Positions 41,818-52,205 of a DNA stretch of 64,000 nucleotides are shown in pieces (within the stretch, counting starts at the first letter, position 1; each line of letters begins with the position of its first letter). The notes under the pieces were generated by a model, which searched no databases, was not told the DNA's origin, and saw only the letters and a list, made by a program, of their open reading frames with translations. Source of the stretch: Gemmatimonadaceae bacterium (GTDB lineage: Bacteria; Gemmatimonadota; Gemmatimonadetes; Gemmatimonadales; Gemmatimonadaceae); NCBI GenBank assembly GCA_045803545.1, contig JBJMOW010000001.1, positions 49,683-113,682 of the forward strand, written 5' to 3'. The position numbers were made by a program, and so were the translations under genes.

Positions 41818-42764
41818 CGCCGCAGCCTCGTCTCGCGTTGGCGAAAGAACCGGAGCAACGGCTCGACGACCCCGCCTTCGGTATGAACCGCCACCTCGTC
41901 GATGGCGAGCCGGCGGAGCAGATGCTTCCTCTCCTCGCGCTCGGCGGTAACGCGCTGCGAATACATCTCGCGTACCGTGTTGCTGCTGGTATCGACTTCG
42001 ACCGTCTCGCCGGTCTCCGGATCGAGCAGCCGGGCAATGCCAATGTCGGGAAGATTGCGCTCGCTGGGATCGTCGACCGTCACCGCGACAACATCGTGTC
42101 GCTGGGCGAGCAGCTTGAGGGGATGCGAGATGTCCTCCTCGAGAAAATCAGAAACGATGAAGACAATCGCGTGCTCGTTCAGCATTCGGGCGACGTAGTC
42201 GATGGCACGGACCATGTCCGTGCCTTTGCCGACCGGCTCGAACGCTAAAATGTCGCGGATGATGCGCAAAACGTGACGGCGGCCTTTACGCGGAGGAATG
42301 ACGTGTTCGATGCGGTCGGTGAACAGCAACACGCCCACACGATCGTTGTTGCGCACTGCCGACATCGCCAGTACCGCCGCCAACTCACTGGCCAGCTCGC
42401 TCTTGAACCGATTGACAGTCCCGAAGCGCTCGGAACCCGAGAGATCGACGACGAGCATCACCGTCAGCTCGCGCTCTTCGATGTAGCGCTTGACGAATGG
42501 CCGTCGCATGCGCGCGGTGACGTTCCAGTCGATCGACCGAACTTCGTCACCCGGCTGATACTCACGCACCTCGGAGAACTCCATTCCCTGCCCCTTGAAC
42601 ACGGAGCGGTATTCCCCGGTGAAAACAGAGTTGACCAGGCCGCGGGTCCGCAGCTCGATCAGCTTGACCTGACGCAGGATCTCCGGCGGCACCCCCATCG
42701 GTCTTTCTGGGGTGCGCTTCGGAGCCTCCTTGCGCTTGCGACGCCGCTTGAAGATCCCGATCAC
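41814..42764 (-). CDS. DUF58 domain protein
   Basis: GMEFSEVREYQPGDEVRSIDWNVTAR, EERELT, VDLSGS, VSDF. Confidence 0.92.
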   Translation of the reverse strand: MIGIFKRRRKRKEAPKRTPERPMGVPPEILRQVKLIELRTRGLVNSVFTGEYRSVFKGQGMEFSEVREYQPGDEVRSIDWNVTARMRRPFVKRYIEERELTVMLVVDLSGSERFGTVNRFKSELASELAAVLAMSAVRNNDRVGVLLFTDRIEHVIPPRKGRRHVLRIIRDILAFEPVGKGTDMVRAIDYVARMLNEHAIVFIVSDFLEEDISHPLKLLAQRHDVVAVTVDDPSERNLPDIGIARLLDPETGETVEVDTSSNTVREMYSQRVTAEREERKHLLRRLAIDEVAVHTEGGVVEPLLRFFRQRETRLRR

Positions 42765-43735
42765 GGAACCGGAATCGCCCCCAGTATCCGGCCGACGATC
42801 TCGTCGCTGGTGACTTCTTCGGCTTCGGCTTCGTAGGTGCGGAGCACGCGATGGCGAAGGACGTCGGGTGCGATCGCCTTGACATCGTCAGGCGTCACGA
42901 ACGCGCGGCCGCGGAGGAATGCGTGTGCGCGTGAGCCCTGCGCCAGCGACAAGGTCGCGCGTGGGCTGGCGCCGAACTCGATCAACGGCTTGAGCTCGGC
43001 GAGACCCGCCTGGTCGGGGTTGCGTGTGGCATGGACGATCTCGACGATGTAGTCCACCACTCGCTCGTCGATGTACAACTCGGCGATATGGCGGCGCATA
43101 TCGAGGATCTGCTTCGGCGACGCGACCCGTTCGACGGGGATTGGCTCGCCGCTCGCCATGCGGCGCAGCACTTCCTTCTCTTCCTCGCGCGACGGGTAAC
43201 CAACGTGCAGTTTGAGCATGAACCGATCGACCTGCGCCTCGGGTAGCGGGTACGTTCCCTCCTGCTCGATCGGGTTCTGGGTCGCCAGAACAAGGAACGG
43301 CTCCTCGAGAATATGAGTCGTGCCGCCGATGGTAACCTGCTTTTCCTGCATCGCCTCGAGCAGAGCGGCCTGGACCTTGGCAGGCGCGCGATTGATTTCG
43401 TCGGCGAGAATGATGTTCGCGAAGATCGGTCCCTTCTTCACCGAGAACCGCCCGTTCGACTGATCGTAGATCTGCGTGCCGACGACGTCGGCGGGCAGCA
43501 GATCGGGCGTGAACTGAATGCGGCTGAACGATGTATTGATCGTCTCGGCCAGCGTACGGACGGTGAGGGTCTTGGCAAGTCCGGGCACGCCTTCGAGGAG
43601 AACGTGACCGCCGGTAAGCAGGCTTATAAGGAGCCGCTCGACCATGTAGTCCTGACCGACGATACGACGACCGACCTGATGAACGACCTCGTTAACTATC
43701 GATGCATCAGCCGCGATAACCGTTTGTGCGCTCAC
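42761..43735 (-). CDS. moxR: MoxR family AAA+ ATPase
   Basis: LEGVPGLAKT, RIQFTPDLLPAD, DEINRAPAKVQ, ATQNPIEQEGTYPLPEAQ; GTG start at 43735. Confidence 0.93.
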   Translation of the reverse strand: MSAQTVIAADASIVNEVVHQVGRRIVGQDYMVERLLISLLTGGHVLLEGVPGLAKTLTVRTLAETINTSFSRIQFTPDLLPADVVGTQIYDQSNGRFSVKKGPIFANIILADEINRAPAKVQAALLEAMQEKQVTIGGTTHILEEPFLVLATQNPIEQEGTYPLPEAQVDRFMLKLHVGYPSREEEKEVLRRMASGEPIPVERVASPKQILDMRRHIAELYIDERVVDYIVEIVHATRNPDQAGLAELKPLIEFGASPRATLSLAQGSRAHAFLRGRAFVTPDDVKAIAPDVLRHRVLRTYEAEAEEVTSDEIVGRILGAIPVP

Positions 43736-44489
43736 GTCTCGTTCCTCTGGTGATGTTCTTTCTCGTGCTGCCAGTCTTCGTGAGCGCGGTGATGATTTCA
43801 CCCTCGCGCGCAGTTAGTGGCCGCGTCTTGCCGGATGGGAGCGATCCCAGCTTCACCGGCCCAAACCTCGTTCGCACCAGGCGCTCGACAGTGAGACCCA
43901 ATGCCATGCACAGCCTTCTTACCTCCCGCTTTTTTCCCTCGGCGATCGTGAGCTCCAGCTCCCACAGCCCGCGGTCGATACGCCGCGCCACGACATCGCG
44001 AGGCATGACGAGACCATCTTCCAGCTCTACCCCTCTTGTTGCTTCTCGTGCCGCCGCACCCCCATCGCCACGGACCGTAGCTACATACGTTCGCTCGACT
44101 TCGCTGCTCGGGTGCGTCAATTTGTGCGCCGCGTCGCCGTCGGTTGTCAGCAAAAGGACACCTTCGGTCATGTAATCCAGGCGACCGACGTAAGTCAGAC
44201 CCGGCGCATCTTCAACGATGTCGAATACAGTGCGCCGCCCGCGTGGATCAGCCCGGGTTGTCATCACTCCCGTCGGCTTGTTCAGAACCAGCCAGGTTAC
44301 ACCAGTGGGTGCAGCAACGAGTTTGCCGTCGACGGTGATACTGTCGGTCGCGGGATCGACGCTCTGGCCGGTGGAAGCTACTTCTCCGTTAATTCTTACC
44401 CTGCCCGCCGCGACCAGATCTTCGGCGGCGCGACGCGAAGCCACACCCGCGCGCGCCAGTGCGCGCTGAATGCGCATTGATTCGGGCAT
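43707..44489 (-). CDS. rluB: rRNA pseudouridine synthase (RsuA/RluB family)
   Basis: S4 domain RIQRALARAGVASRR, VGRLD, EGKKREVRR; follows scpB. Confidence 0.85.
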   Translation of the reverse strand: MPESMRIQRALARAGVASRRAAEDLVAAGRVRINGEVASTGQSVDPATDSITVDGKLVAAPTGVTWLVLNKPTGVMTTRADPRGRRTVFDIVEDAPGLTYVGRLDYMTEGVLLLTTDGDAAHKLTHPSSEVERTYVATVRGDGGAAAREATRGVELEDGLVMPRDVVARRIDRGLWELELTIAEGKKREVRRLCMALGLTVERLVRTRFGPVKLGSLPSGKTRPLTAREGEIITALTKTGSTRKNITRGTRRERTNGYRG

Positions 44490-45094
44490 CAATCTGCCCG
44501 AGGGGGCGCCTCTCCGTTGTCGGTTGCAGCCGCAGCGGCGCCTGTAGGCGTCGCCTGGCGCGGTGCGCGCAGAGCGATCGCAAGTTCGTCGGCGCGGGGC
44601 AGCTCCTCGAGATGACGCAACGCGAATTGCTCGAGAAATGACGGTGTAGTTCCGTAAAGGAGCGGGCGCCCAAGTCCTTCGCCTCTGCCGACGATGTCGA
44701 CCAGCCCGCGCTCGTTCAGCGATTTCAGGATCGCGCCTGCGCCAACGCCACGAATTTCCTCGATCTCCGCGCGGCCAATCGGCTGCCTGTATGCGATGAT
44801 CGCCAAGGTTTCCAGTGCGGCAGCCGACAATCTTTGCGGCCGCGCGGCCAGCTGCGCGCGCTCGATTGCCTCAGTGTATTCAGGTCGCGTAAGGATCTGC
44901 CAGCCGCTCGCTACTTCGACCAGCTCTACGCCATGACCGTCCGAGTCGTAGTGTGTGCGCAACTCGTCGAGCGCTTCGTCCAAGGTCGTTTCACTGTCAT
45001 CGACGTGCGACGCCATCAATCGCAATGAATCGACCGGAACTGGAATCGCGCTCGCGAAGAGCGCGGCCTCAAGCAGCTTCGCCAGCGGACTCAC
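44489..45094 (-). CDS. scpB: SMC-Scp complex subunit ScpB
   Basis: LEAALFAS, LSAAALETLAIIAYRQP, IRGV, GRPLLYGTT; GTG start at 45094. Confidence 0.95.
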   Translation of the reverse strand: MSPLAKLLEAALFASAIPVPVDSLRLMASHVDDSETTLDEALDELRTHYDSDGHGVELVEVASGWQILTRPEYTEAIERAQLAARPQRLSAAALETLAIIAYRQPIGRAEIEEIRGVGAGAILKSLNERGLVDIVGRGEGLGRPLLYGTTPSFLEQFALRHLEELPRADELAIALRAPRQATPTGAAAAATDNGEAPPRAD

Positions 45095-45836
45095 GTCGGA
45101 TCTCGAAGGCGGCAAATGCACGCGGTTGATTTAGTCGGAGCTCGCCGCGTTTGGCGAGCTCCAGTAACGCAAGAAGCAACGAGAGAATCTCCCAGGGCTC
45201 CGCTTTCTTTGGCACCACGTCTTTCCACTGGGCGATCGCGCGAATCGTCATCAACGCACGCACAATGCCGATTGCTCCGTCGACATCGAGCGCGCGCGGC
45301 ACGACGTCATGAACGTGCGGGCGCCGAGCAAGACGCAACACGCGATCGACTGCCGACAAGAGCTCGGGCAGCGAGATCTTGAGCGGCCCGGCTACGGGAA
45401 TGGTCACGCTGCTTTGCATATACGCCCTCGCGAATCGCGACCGCCGACCCTCGCTGCGCCGTTCCAGCACATCGACCACTTCGCGTACCTGCTGATACTC
45501 GAGGAGCCTGCGGACCAGCTCCGCGCGCGGGTCTTCCCACACATCTTCGCCTTCCCGACGCGGCAGCAGGGTTTGCGCTTTTATGCGCAGCAGCCGGGCA
45601 GCCATCTCCAGATAGTCGGCGGCTTCGTCCAGCTTGAGTGACGAGATGCGCGCCAGGAACTGCTCGGCAATGCGCGCGATCGGAATGTCGTAGATGTCGA
45701 TCTGCTCATCCCGAATGAGCGTCAACAGCAAGTCGAGCGGCCCCGAATACTCGGCCAGCTCGACGACGAACACTTCGGATCCCGCCGCTTCGGTATGCGG
45801 CATCACAGAAGGGGGCAGCACCTCTACATCGTCCAT
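45069..45836 (-). CDS. scpA: Segregation and condensation protein A
   Basis: YSGPLDLLLTLI, DIPIARI, DPRAELVRRLLEY, LALLEL. Confidence 0.95.
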   Translation of the reverse strand: MDDVEVLPPSVMPHTEAAGSEVFVVELAEYSGPLDLLLTLIRDEQIDIYDIPIARIAEQFLARISSLKLDEAADYLEMAARLLRIKAQTLLPRREGEDVWEDPRAELVRRLLEYQQVREVVDVLERRSEGRRSRFARAYMQSSVTIPVAGPLKISLPELLSAVDRVLRLARRPHVHDVVPRALDVDGAIGIVRALMTIRAIAQWKDVVPKKAEPWEILSLLLALLELAKRGELRLNQPRAFAAFEIRRESAGEAA

Positions 45837-46510
45837 GGGCTTGGCAGGATATAGGGGAATACGGCGCGAGTCGCGAGCCTCGACAGCAGGAACACCGGCT
45901 TGAACCAGATATTTAAAATCGGCGACCCGAAGCTTATCAGCAGGAAAAGTATCAGCAATCCCTGTGCGCCGAGTCGCTGATAATTGAGAGCCCAGGCAGG
46001 CGGGAGGATGTACTTGAAGACATGAGACCCGTCGAGCGGCGGAATCGGAATCAGGTTGAAGGCCGCCAGCGCGAGATTGATGAGAATTCCGTAAAGCAAC
46101 ATCGCCTGGAAAATTGCCGCTGTGTCACTGAGGACTGGCGCCGTGCGTCCAAGCAGTCCGACGACGATAATGAGTGGAACGCAGCAAATGGCGATGATGA
46201 AATTGGTGGTGACACCCGCAAGCGAGACGACGATGTCGCCGCGCTTGAAGTTGCGATAGTTGCGCGGCACTACGGGGACTGGCTTGGCGCCGCCGAAAGC
46301 GATTCCTGTTGTAAAGTAGGTGATCAGCGGCAACAGGATCGTCATGAACAGATCAATGTGAGGCAGCGGATTCCAGGTCAGCCTTCCCAGCGAATAGGCT
46401 GTAGTATCGCCCTGCTTGAGGGCGGCATATCCGTGCGCGTACTCGTGCGCCACCATTGAGAACAACAACACCGGGGCGACGAGGATGAATTGTTCAAAGG
46501 ATTTATCCAA
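45824..46510 (-). CDS. Site-2 protease family (M50) protein
   Basis: HEYAH, AKPVPV, FNLIPIPPLDGS. Confidence 0.92.
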   Translation of the reverse strand: MDKSFEQFILVAPVLLFSMVAHEYAHGYAALKQGDTTAYSLGRLTWNPLPHIDLFMTILLPLITYFTTGIAFGGAKPVPVVPRNYRNFKRGDIVVSLAGVTTNFIIAICCVPLIIVVGLLGRTAPVLSDTAAIFQAMLLYGILINLALAAFNLIPIPPLDGSHVFKYILPPAWALNYQRLGAQGLLILFLLISFGSPILNIWFKPVFLLSRLATRAVFPYILPSPWTM

Positions 46511-46661
46511 TTGTCGGAAGATCGAGTTGCGCTTGAAGTTAGCACGACTTCGTCCGGTGTAACACTTCGGCTGGGTAAAAACCGCGGGAGGCGAGCTTGA
46601 TTTAACCGCGCTCTGCGGCGAAATTTCCCGGCTACGTCACAGTGTTTTTGGAGAACCAGTT

Positions 46662-46892
46662 TTGCCAAATCTCGCTTCAGCGAAAAAGAACATGCGGAAA
46701 TCACGCGCGGCGGCTATCCGCAATCGCGCCCAGAAATCCGCGTTGCGTACAGCTCTAAAGCGCGCCTCGTCGGGCTCGGCAGCAGACCGGCTCGAGGCGG
46801 TCAAGCTGCTCGATCGCGCCGCCCGCAAGGGACTCATTCACAAGAACGCGGCCGCTCGCCATCAGAGTCAGCTCGCGCGCGCCGGCAAGTAG
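46662..46892 (+). CDS. rpsT: 30S ribosomal protein S20
   Basis: PNLASAKK, RNRAQKS, KGLIHKNAAAR; TTG start after GGAG. Confidence 0.96.
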   Translation: MPNLASAKKNMRKSRAAAIRNRAQKSALRTALKRASSGSAADRLEAVKLLDRAARKGLIHKNAAARHQSQLARAGK

Positions 46893-46908
46893 TCGGGCTA
46901 ACGCAATC

Positions 46909-46946
46909 AAAAAGAAAGGGCGCCGGATTCGGCGCCCTTTCTTTTT
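46909..46946. terminator. Bidirectional intrinsic terminator
   Basis: AAAAAGAAAGGGCGCCG-GATT-CGGCGCCCTTTCTTTTT between convergent genes. Confidence 0.92.
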
Positions 46947-47794
46947 TACATCGTGGCCAGCTCGCCACCGCATCGCTCACAGTACCACTCGGTGGGATAG
47001 TTTGCCGCTCCACACTCGGGACACTTGAGGGTCTTGTGCTGCTCAGATCTTGGATCGTTGGCGCTGCCGCTTTTCGGCACTGACGGCGGCGTTGCGACTG
47101 CCGTGGTCGAGGGCGGCGAAACCGTCCCTGAGCCCGGACGGAGCACCGGAAACTCATCGAACGGTGATCTCGCGGGTATGGGCGCTGGAGTTTGCTGGCG
47201 AGCAGCAGCCGGCTGATCAACGCGTGACGGCGGGTTGAGCGTCGGCGGTTCTGGAACTGCTGGACGCGGAACCACTGGGGAAATCGGAGTTCCGGTATTG
47301 CCGCGCATGTCGCCATCGGAAGGGCCACGACCCATCGCAATTGCTTCTGCTTGTCGCTCCTTGACGCTGAGCGCGAAAATCCGATTCAGCTCTGTGAGCT
47401 GTATGTCGATCGCGTTCTTTTCCTTGACCAGTCGCGTCAACTCTTTGTCCCATGCACCGCCGATCTCTTTCCACTGCTTGTCGGTGTACTCGCCGACGGC
47501 GGCGCGCAGCTCCGCCTCCTGGCGGGCGTCGCGTTGCTGCTGCTCCTGCCGTGTAATCTCGTCGAGCCTGGTGCTGAGCGTGACAATGCTCTCGCGCAGC
47601 TCACCAGCACGTTCGGCGAGCTTGCTCGAGACTTCGCGCAAGCGTGTTTGATAGTCGGCCTGGACCCGCTGATAGACACCGTCGGAGGTTACACCGCGCT
47701 TTTGCTCTAGCGCCGTCAACCATTCTTCATAACGCTGCCTTTCTTTTAGCAGTCCATTGAGCGCGTCCAGCGAAACCGGCTCTCTGTCAGCCAT
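46946..47794 (-). CDS. Hypothetical protein: coiled coil, Pro-rich linker, C-terminal zinc ribbon
   Basis: Charged heptad N-half; CPECG...YCERCG at the C-terminus. Confidence 0.75.
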   Translation of the reverse strand: MADREPVSLDALNGLLKERQRYEEWLTALEQKRGVTSDGVYQRVQADYQTRLREVSSKLAERAGELRESIVTLSTRLDEITRQEQQQRDARQEAELRAAVGEYTDKQWKEIGGAWDKELTRLVKEKNAIDIQLTELNRIFALSVKERQAEAIAMGRGPSDGDMRGNTGTPISPVVPRPAVPEPPTLNPPSRVDQPAAARQQTPAPIPARSPFDEFPVLRPGSGTVSPPSTTAVATPPSVPKSGSANDPRSEQHKTLKCPECGAANYPTEWYCERCGGELATM

Positions 47795-47800
47795 TGTAGC

Positions 47801-49126
47801 TCATCCCCTAACTCGATTCATCGACTCCCGCCCGTGCACAGGGAGGGTTGTCTGATAGACGACCGAGCCCGCTACAATAGTACAAGCCGTGCGCCCAACG
47901 AGAGTCATTCCAACGTACGGCGTATTGCGACCCTTTGAGAGGAACGTCGTCGGATCCACCTTCCAGCGAATCTTAGGATCGAACACTGTGATGTCTGCTG
48001 TGGCTCCGCGCTTCAAACTTCCGCCGGGCAGGTTGAAAAGACGCGCTGGAGTGCACGACATGCGGTTCACGACATCCGAAAACGTGAGCTGGCCGGTGTC
48101 AACAAGATTGGTGACGATCACGGCAAGCGCTGTTTCGAGGCCGACGATGCCATTTGGTGCGTCGGCGAACTCGCGCTCTTTCTCGTCGTAGTGGTGCGGT
48201 GCGTGGTCGGTCGCGACGAGATCGATCGTTCCATCCTTCACCGCTTCACGCACTGCCTCGACATCCTCCTGCGTGCGCAGCGGCGGATTCATTTTCGCGT
48301 TGGTGTCGTAGCCGCGGACACTCTCCTCGGTCAGCGACAGATGATGCGGACACGCTTCCGCCGTCACGCGGATGCCGCGCTCCTTGCCCCAGCGAATCAA
48401 TTCGACAGAACCCTTGGTGCTAATGTGCGCGAGATGGACGTGCCCACCCGTGAGTCGCGCCAGCAGAATGTCGCGGATCACCATGATCTCTTCGGCTTCC
48501 GCGGGAATTCCTTTGAGCCCGAGCTGCGCGCTCACGATTCCTTCATTCATCGTTCCACCGACGGATAAAGTCGGCTCCTCACAATGATCGATCACCGGAA
48601 TTCGGAAGGTTCGCGCGTACTCGAGCGCGGTACGCATCAGTTGCGCGCTGGCGACCGGTTTCCCGTCATCGCTGACTGCGATTGCACCTGCGCCAACCAT
48701 CTCGCCGAATTCGGCGAGTGCTTTGCCCTCCTGGCCTACGGAAATGGCGCCAATCGGATAGACTCGCGCTGCTCCGGCGCGCGACGCCTGCCGGACAATG
48801 AACCCGACCGCGGCTTGATTGTCGGTGACCGGATCTGTGTTGGGCATCGCACACACAGCGGTAAATCCACCGGCGGCAGCTGCGCGCGCACCCGTGGCAA
48901 TCGTCTCCACGTCCTCGCGGCCAGGTTCACGCAGGTGACAGTGCACGTCGATAAAACCGGGCGCGACCATCAATCCTTCGCAGTCCACAACCTCGGCTTC
49001 CTCGGGACCGCTGATCTTGCCACCGACGGCAGCGATGTCTCCGCCGGTAATCAGCAGATCGCCGCGTTCTTCCAGGTTCTGAGACGGGTCGACCAATCTC
49101 CCACCGCGAAGGAGGAGCGGCTTCAT
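47801..49126 (-). CDS. pyrC: Dihydroorotase
   Basis: [28 protein letters not shown]. Confidence 0.95.
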   Translation of the reverse strand: MKPLLLRGGRLVDPSQNLEERGDLLITGGDIAAVGGKISGPEEAEVVDCEGLMVAPGFIDVHCHLREPGREDVETIATGARAAAAGGFTAVCAMPNTDPVTDNQAAVGFIVRQASRAGAARVYPIGAISVGQEGKALAEFGEMVGAGAIAVSDDGKPVASAQLMRTALEYARTFRIPVIDHCEEPTLSVGGTMNEGIVSAQLGLKGIPAEAEEIMVIRDILLARLTGGHVHLAHISTKGSVELIRWGKERGIRVTAEACPHHLSLTEESVRGYDTNAKMNPPLRTQEDVEAVREAVKDGTIDLVATDHAPHHYDEKEREFADAPNGIVGLETALAVIVTNLVDTGQLTFSDVVNRMSCTPARLFNLPGGSLKRGATADITVFDPKIRWKVDPTTFLSKGRNTPYVGMTLVGRTACTIVAGSVVYQTTLPVHGRESMNRVRG

Positions 49127-50103
49127 TCCCGGTCCTCTCGGCCGCGTGAGGTTCCTCCCTTCGCGGCCTCCGCCAACTCTGGTTTCCCACCCGCCAGCAG
49201 ATAAAGGACCGCCATGCGCACGGCGACCCCGTTAGTGACTTGATCGAGGATCACGCTCTGCGCACCGTCGGCAACGTCAGAGTCGATCTCCACACCGCGA
49301 TTCATTGGACCGGGGTGGAGAATCAGTATGTCCCGCTTTGCGCGCTCCAGCCGTTCGCGAGAAATGCCGAATACCCGATTGTACTCGCGCGCGGAGGGTA
49401 TGTACCCCGCCGTCATCCGCTCGAATTGAAGTCGAAGCACGTTGAGCGCCTCGGCCCATTCGATTGCCTCTTCGATGCGATCGAATATCTGCACACCGAA
49501 CTCGTCGATCGCGTTCGGCAACAGCGATCGCGGTCCGCACACCGCCACCTCAGCGCCGAGCTTCGTCAAACCCCAGATGTTCGAGCGCGCGACGCGTGAG
49601 TGCAGAATGTCACCACAGATACACACCCGACGGCCTTTCAAGTCGCCGAACCGATCGCGTAGCGTGAGTATGTCCAGTAGTCCCTGCGTCGGATGCTCGT
49701 GCGTACCATCGCCGGCGTTGATGACGTTGGACTGAATGCGGTCGGCAAGGAATTTCGCTGCACCCGATGCGGAGTGTCGGATCACCACCATGTCGATGCG
49801 CATCGCCTCGAGATTCCGTGCGGTGTCGACGAGGGTTTCTCCTTTCGAAACGCTCGACCCCGAAGCCGAGACGTTGACGGTGTCCGCTGACAGTCGCTTT
49901 TCCGCGAATTCAAAAGAAATTCGCGTCCGCGTTGAGTTTTCGAAGAAGAGATTGACGATCGTCGAGCCGCGGAGCGCGGGCACTTTTTTTATCGCCCGTT
50001 CGCTGATCTCCTTGAACGGCTCGGCGGTATCGAGAATGAGTCGAATCTGGTCGCCGGTCAGCGACTCGAGGTCGAGTAGGTCTTTACCGATCGTCTCCGT
50101 CAC
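49123..50103 (-). CDS. pyrB: Aspartate carbamoyltransferase catalytic subunit
   Basis: [29 protein letters not shown]. Confidence 0.97.
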   Translation of the reverse strand: MTETIGKDLLDLESLTGDQIRLILDTAEPFKEISERAIKKVPALRGSTIVNLFFENSTRTRISFEFAEKRLSADTVNVSASGSSVSKGETLVDTARNLEAMRIDMVVIRHSASGAAKFLADRIQSNVINAGDGTHEHPTQGLLDILTLRDRFGDLKGRRVCICGDILHSRVARSNIWGLTKLGAEVAVCGPRSLLPNAIDEFGVQIFDRIEEAIEWAEALNVLRLQFERMTAGYIPSAREYNRVFGISRERLERAKRDILILHPGPMNRGVEIDSDVADGAQSVILDQVTNGVAVRMAVLYLLAGGKPELAEAAKGGTSRGREDRE

Positions 50104-50648
50104 GCCGCCGATTTGGGCACGATTACGACCTCGGTGCGTTCATCGAGCTCGGCAACCATCACGTCAACACGCTCATCGGCGCCGACCTCCACTTTCTTTC
50201 CAACGACATCCGGTTGAATCGGCAGCTCCCGACCACCGCGATCGATCAGTACGGCCAGCGAAATGTTTGCGGGTCGCCCGAAGTCAGCCAGCTCATCGAG
50301 CGCGGCGCGCACCGTGCGACCGGTATAGAGCACATCGTCGATGATGACGACGTGCTTGCCGTCCAGCTCCCAGGGCAAATAAGTTGGCCCCACGACCGGC
50401 CGCGGTCCAACCGTTTGCAGGTCGTCGCGATACAGCGTGATGTCGAGAGAACCTTGCGGCACCGTGACTCCTTCGCCGCCTTCGATCATCTTCACAAGCC
50501 GGTCAGCCAGCTGAACTCCGCGGCGCTGAATTCCAACGATGATCAGATCGTCCGTACCTCTGTTAAGCTCGACGATCTCGACTGCCATTCGCTTCAACGT
50601 TCTCTCGACAGCCCGGGCGTCGAGGACCGTCGCGTTTTTCGTAGCCAT
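50100..50648 (-). CDS. pyrR: PyrR regulator / uracil phosphoribosyltransferase
   Basis: [32 protein letters not shown]. Confidence 0.95.
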   Translation of the reverse strand: MATKNATVLDARAVERTLKRMAVEIVELNRGTDDLIIVGIQRRGVQLADRLVKMIEGGEGVTVPQGSLDITLYRDDLQTVGPRPVVGPTYLPWELDGKHVVIIDDVLYTGRTVRAALDELADFGRPANISLAVLIDRGGRELPIQPDVVGKKVEVGADERVDVMVAELDERTEVVIVPKSAA

Positions 50649-50721
50649 TGGTGCACAAATATGGCGAGACGCCTCGTTTAATTGAAGAGATCCAAGACAA
50701 TTGCGTCGCTAATATTCGCTT

Positions 50722-51309
50722 ATGATCGATCGAATCCTGAGGTGGCTGGGTGAGTCCACCGGTTCACCGGCCCTGCGCAAAACAACGCTGTTGGGGATTC
50801 CGGTGTTCGTCGAAAATACGCGTCCAGACATTGATAGCGATGAAGTCCTGGGTCGCATCGAACGTTGCCTCGATTTGATCCGGCACTATGTCCCGCATCA
50901 TTTCCGTCACTTGCAGCGCGACTTCAGGTACATCATCTCCAAAAGATTCGCCTGTCGCGGCGCGTATTTTCACAACGAGAACGCCTGCCTCATCGAGCTG
51001 ACGTTCTGCGTCAATCCGAGCTTCTCGGATGCAGAAGTTGCAGCGACGATACTCCACGAGGCCATGCACGCGCGTCTCGACAGCCTGGGCTTTCCTCTCG
51101 AGATGGAGGATCGCGCCCGGCAGGAGAGGTTTTGCCGCCGCGCCGAGCTGGAGTTCGGCGCGCTGGTGCCGGGTGGCGAGAAAGTGATCGAGCGTGCGCA
51201 GCAGACTATTGAGCTCGCCGATGAAGAAGTAGCGCCCGTCATCGACCCCGACCTCGCCGCCGAGCGGATCGCGGCGGTCGATCGATCCGCACTCGAAAAG
51301 CGTTCCTGA
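50722..51309 (+). CDS. Hypothetical protein with HExxH motif
   Basis: ATILHEAMHARL plus a downstream E (RQERFC). Confidence 0.65.
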   Translation: MIDRILRWLGESTGSPALRKTTLLGIPVFVENTRPDIDSDEVLGRIERCLDLIRHYVPHHFRHLQRDFRYIISKRFACRGAYFHNENACLIELTFCVNPSFSDAEVAATILHEAMHARLDSLGFPLEMEDRARQERFCRRAELEFGALVPGGEKVIERAQQTIELADEEVAPVIDPDLAAERIAAVDRSALEKRS

Positions 51310-51320
51310 GTGCTCCTTAG

Positions 51321-52205
51321 TTATTTCAGCTCGAGCCGATTCTCCTGTTCGACGAGCTTGACCGCTTCGACGTGATCCGCCTGATCCCCAAGTTGTATGC
51401 GCGCTTCGTGGAATCTGTCGGCGGTCAGCGTGATCAGAGGGGTACTAACGTCCAGATCTTCCGCCAGCACTGAAGCAATCCCAATGTCCTTGTCGAGCAG
51501 GGCGAGGCGAAAGGTGCGCGGAAATTCCCGGGTGAGCACGCGCTGGGGAATCAGGTTCTCCGATGTATTCGAACGTCCGCTCGATGCATTAATGACATCG
51601 AGCGCGATCTTGGGATCGACACCGGCCTTCGCGAGGATTGCCAGCCCCTCGGCCGTCGACAGGATGTGCACCGCGAGCAGTGCGTTATTTACCGCCTTGA
51701 GCGCGTCACCGCTCCCCACTGGCCCGGCGTGTACGATCTTCTTGCCGAAGGCCTCGATTACCGGCTTCACGCGCTGAAAGACCGTCTCTTCCCCGCCCCA
51801 CATCACAGTCAGCGTGGCGGCCTTGGCGCCGGAAGTTCCCCCACTGACCGGCGCGTCTATGAAATCGACGCCTCTGCCACCCAACTCCGCCGCAATCGAG
51901 CGCGATGTCGGCGGATCCCCGGAAGTGCAATCCACTAGCACCGCACCTTTGCGCATCGCATTGAGAATGCCGTTCTCGCCGTGCACGACGGACTCGACTT
52001 CGGCCGACGAAGGAAGGCATGTGATGACTACATCCGCTCCGTCGACTGCTTCAGCGGGAGTCCGGGCAACGCGCGCTCTGTAGTTCCGGGCAAACTCTTC
52101 AGCCTTGGAACCGGTGCGGTTCCAGACCACCAGATCGAAGGGCTGTGCAAGGTGCGACGCGATTGGCGCGCCGATGTCGCCAAGCCCGAGGAAAGCAACT
52201 TTCAT
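51321..52205 (-). CDS. 3-hydroxyisobutyrate dehydrogenase family NAD(P)-dependent oxidoreductase
   Basis: FLGLGDIG, WNRT, DAPVSGG, KAVNN, KD. Confidence 0.9.
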   Translation of the reverse strand: MKVAFLGLGDIGAPIASHLAQPFDLVVWNRTGSKAEEFARNYRARVARTPAEAVDGADVVITCLPSSAEVESVVHGENGILNAMRKGAVLVDCTSGDPPTSRSIAAELGGRGVDFIDAPVSGGTSGAKAATLTVMWGGEETVFQRVKPVIEAFGKKIVHAGPVGSGDALKAVNNALLAVHILSTAEGLAILAKAGVDPKIALDVINASSGRSNTSENLIPQRVLTREFPRTFRLALLDKDIGIASVLAEDLDVSTPLITLTADRFHEARIQLGDQADHVEAVKLVEQENRLELK

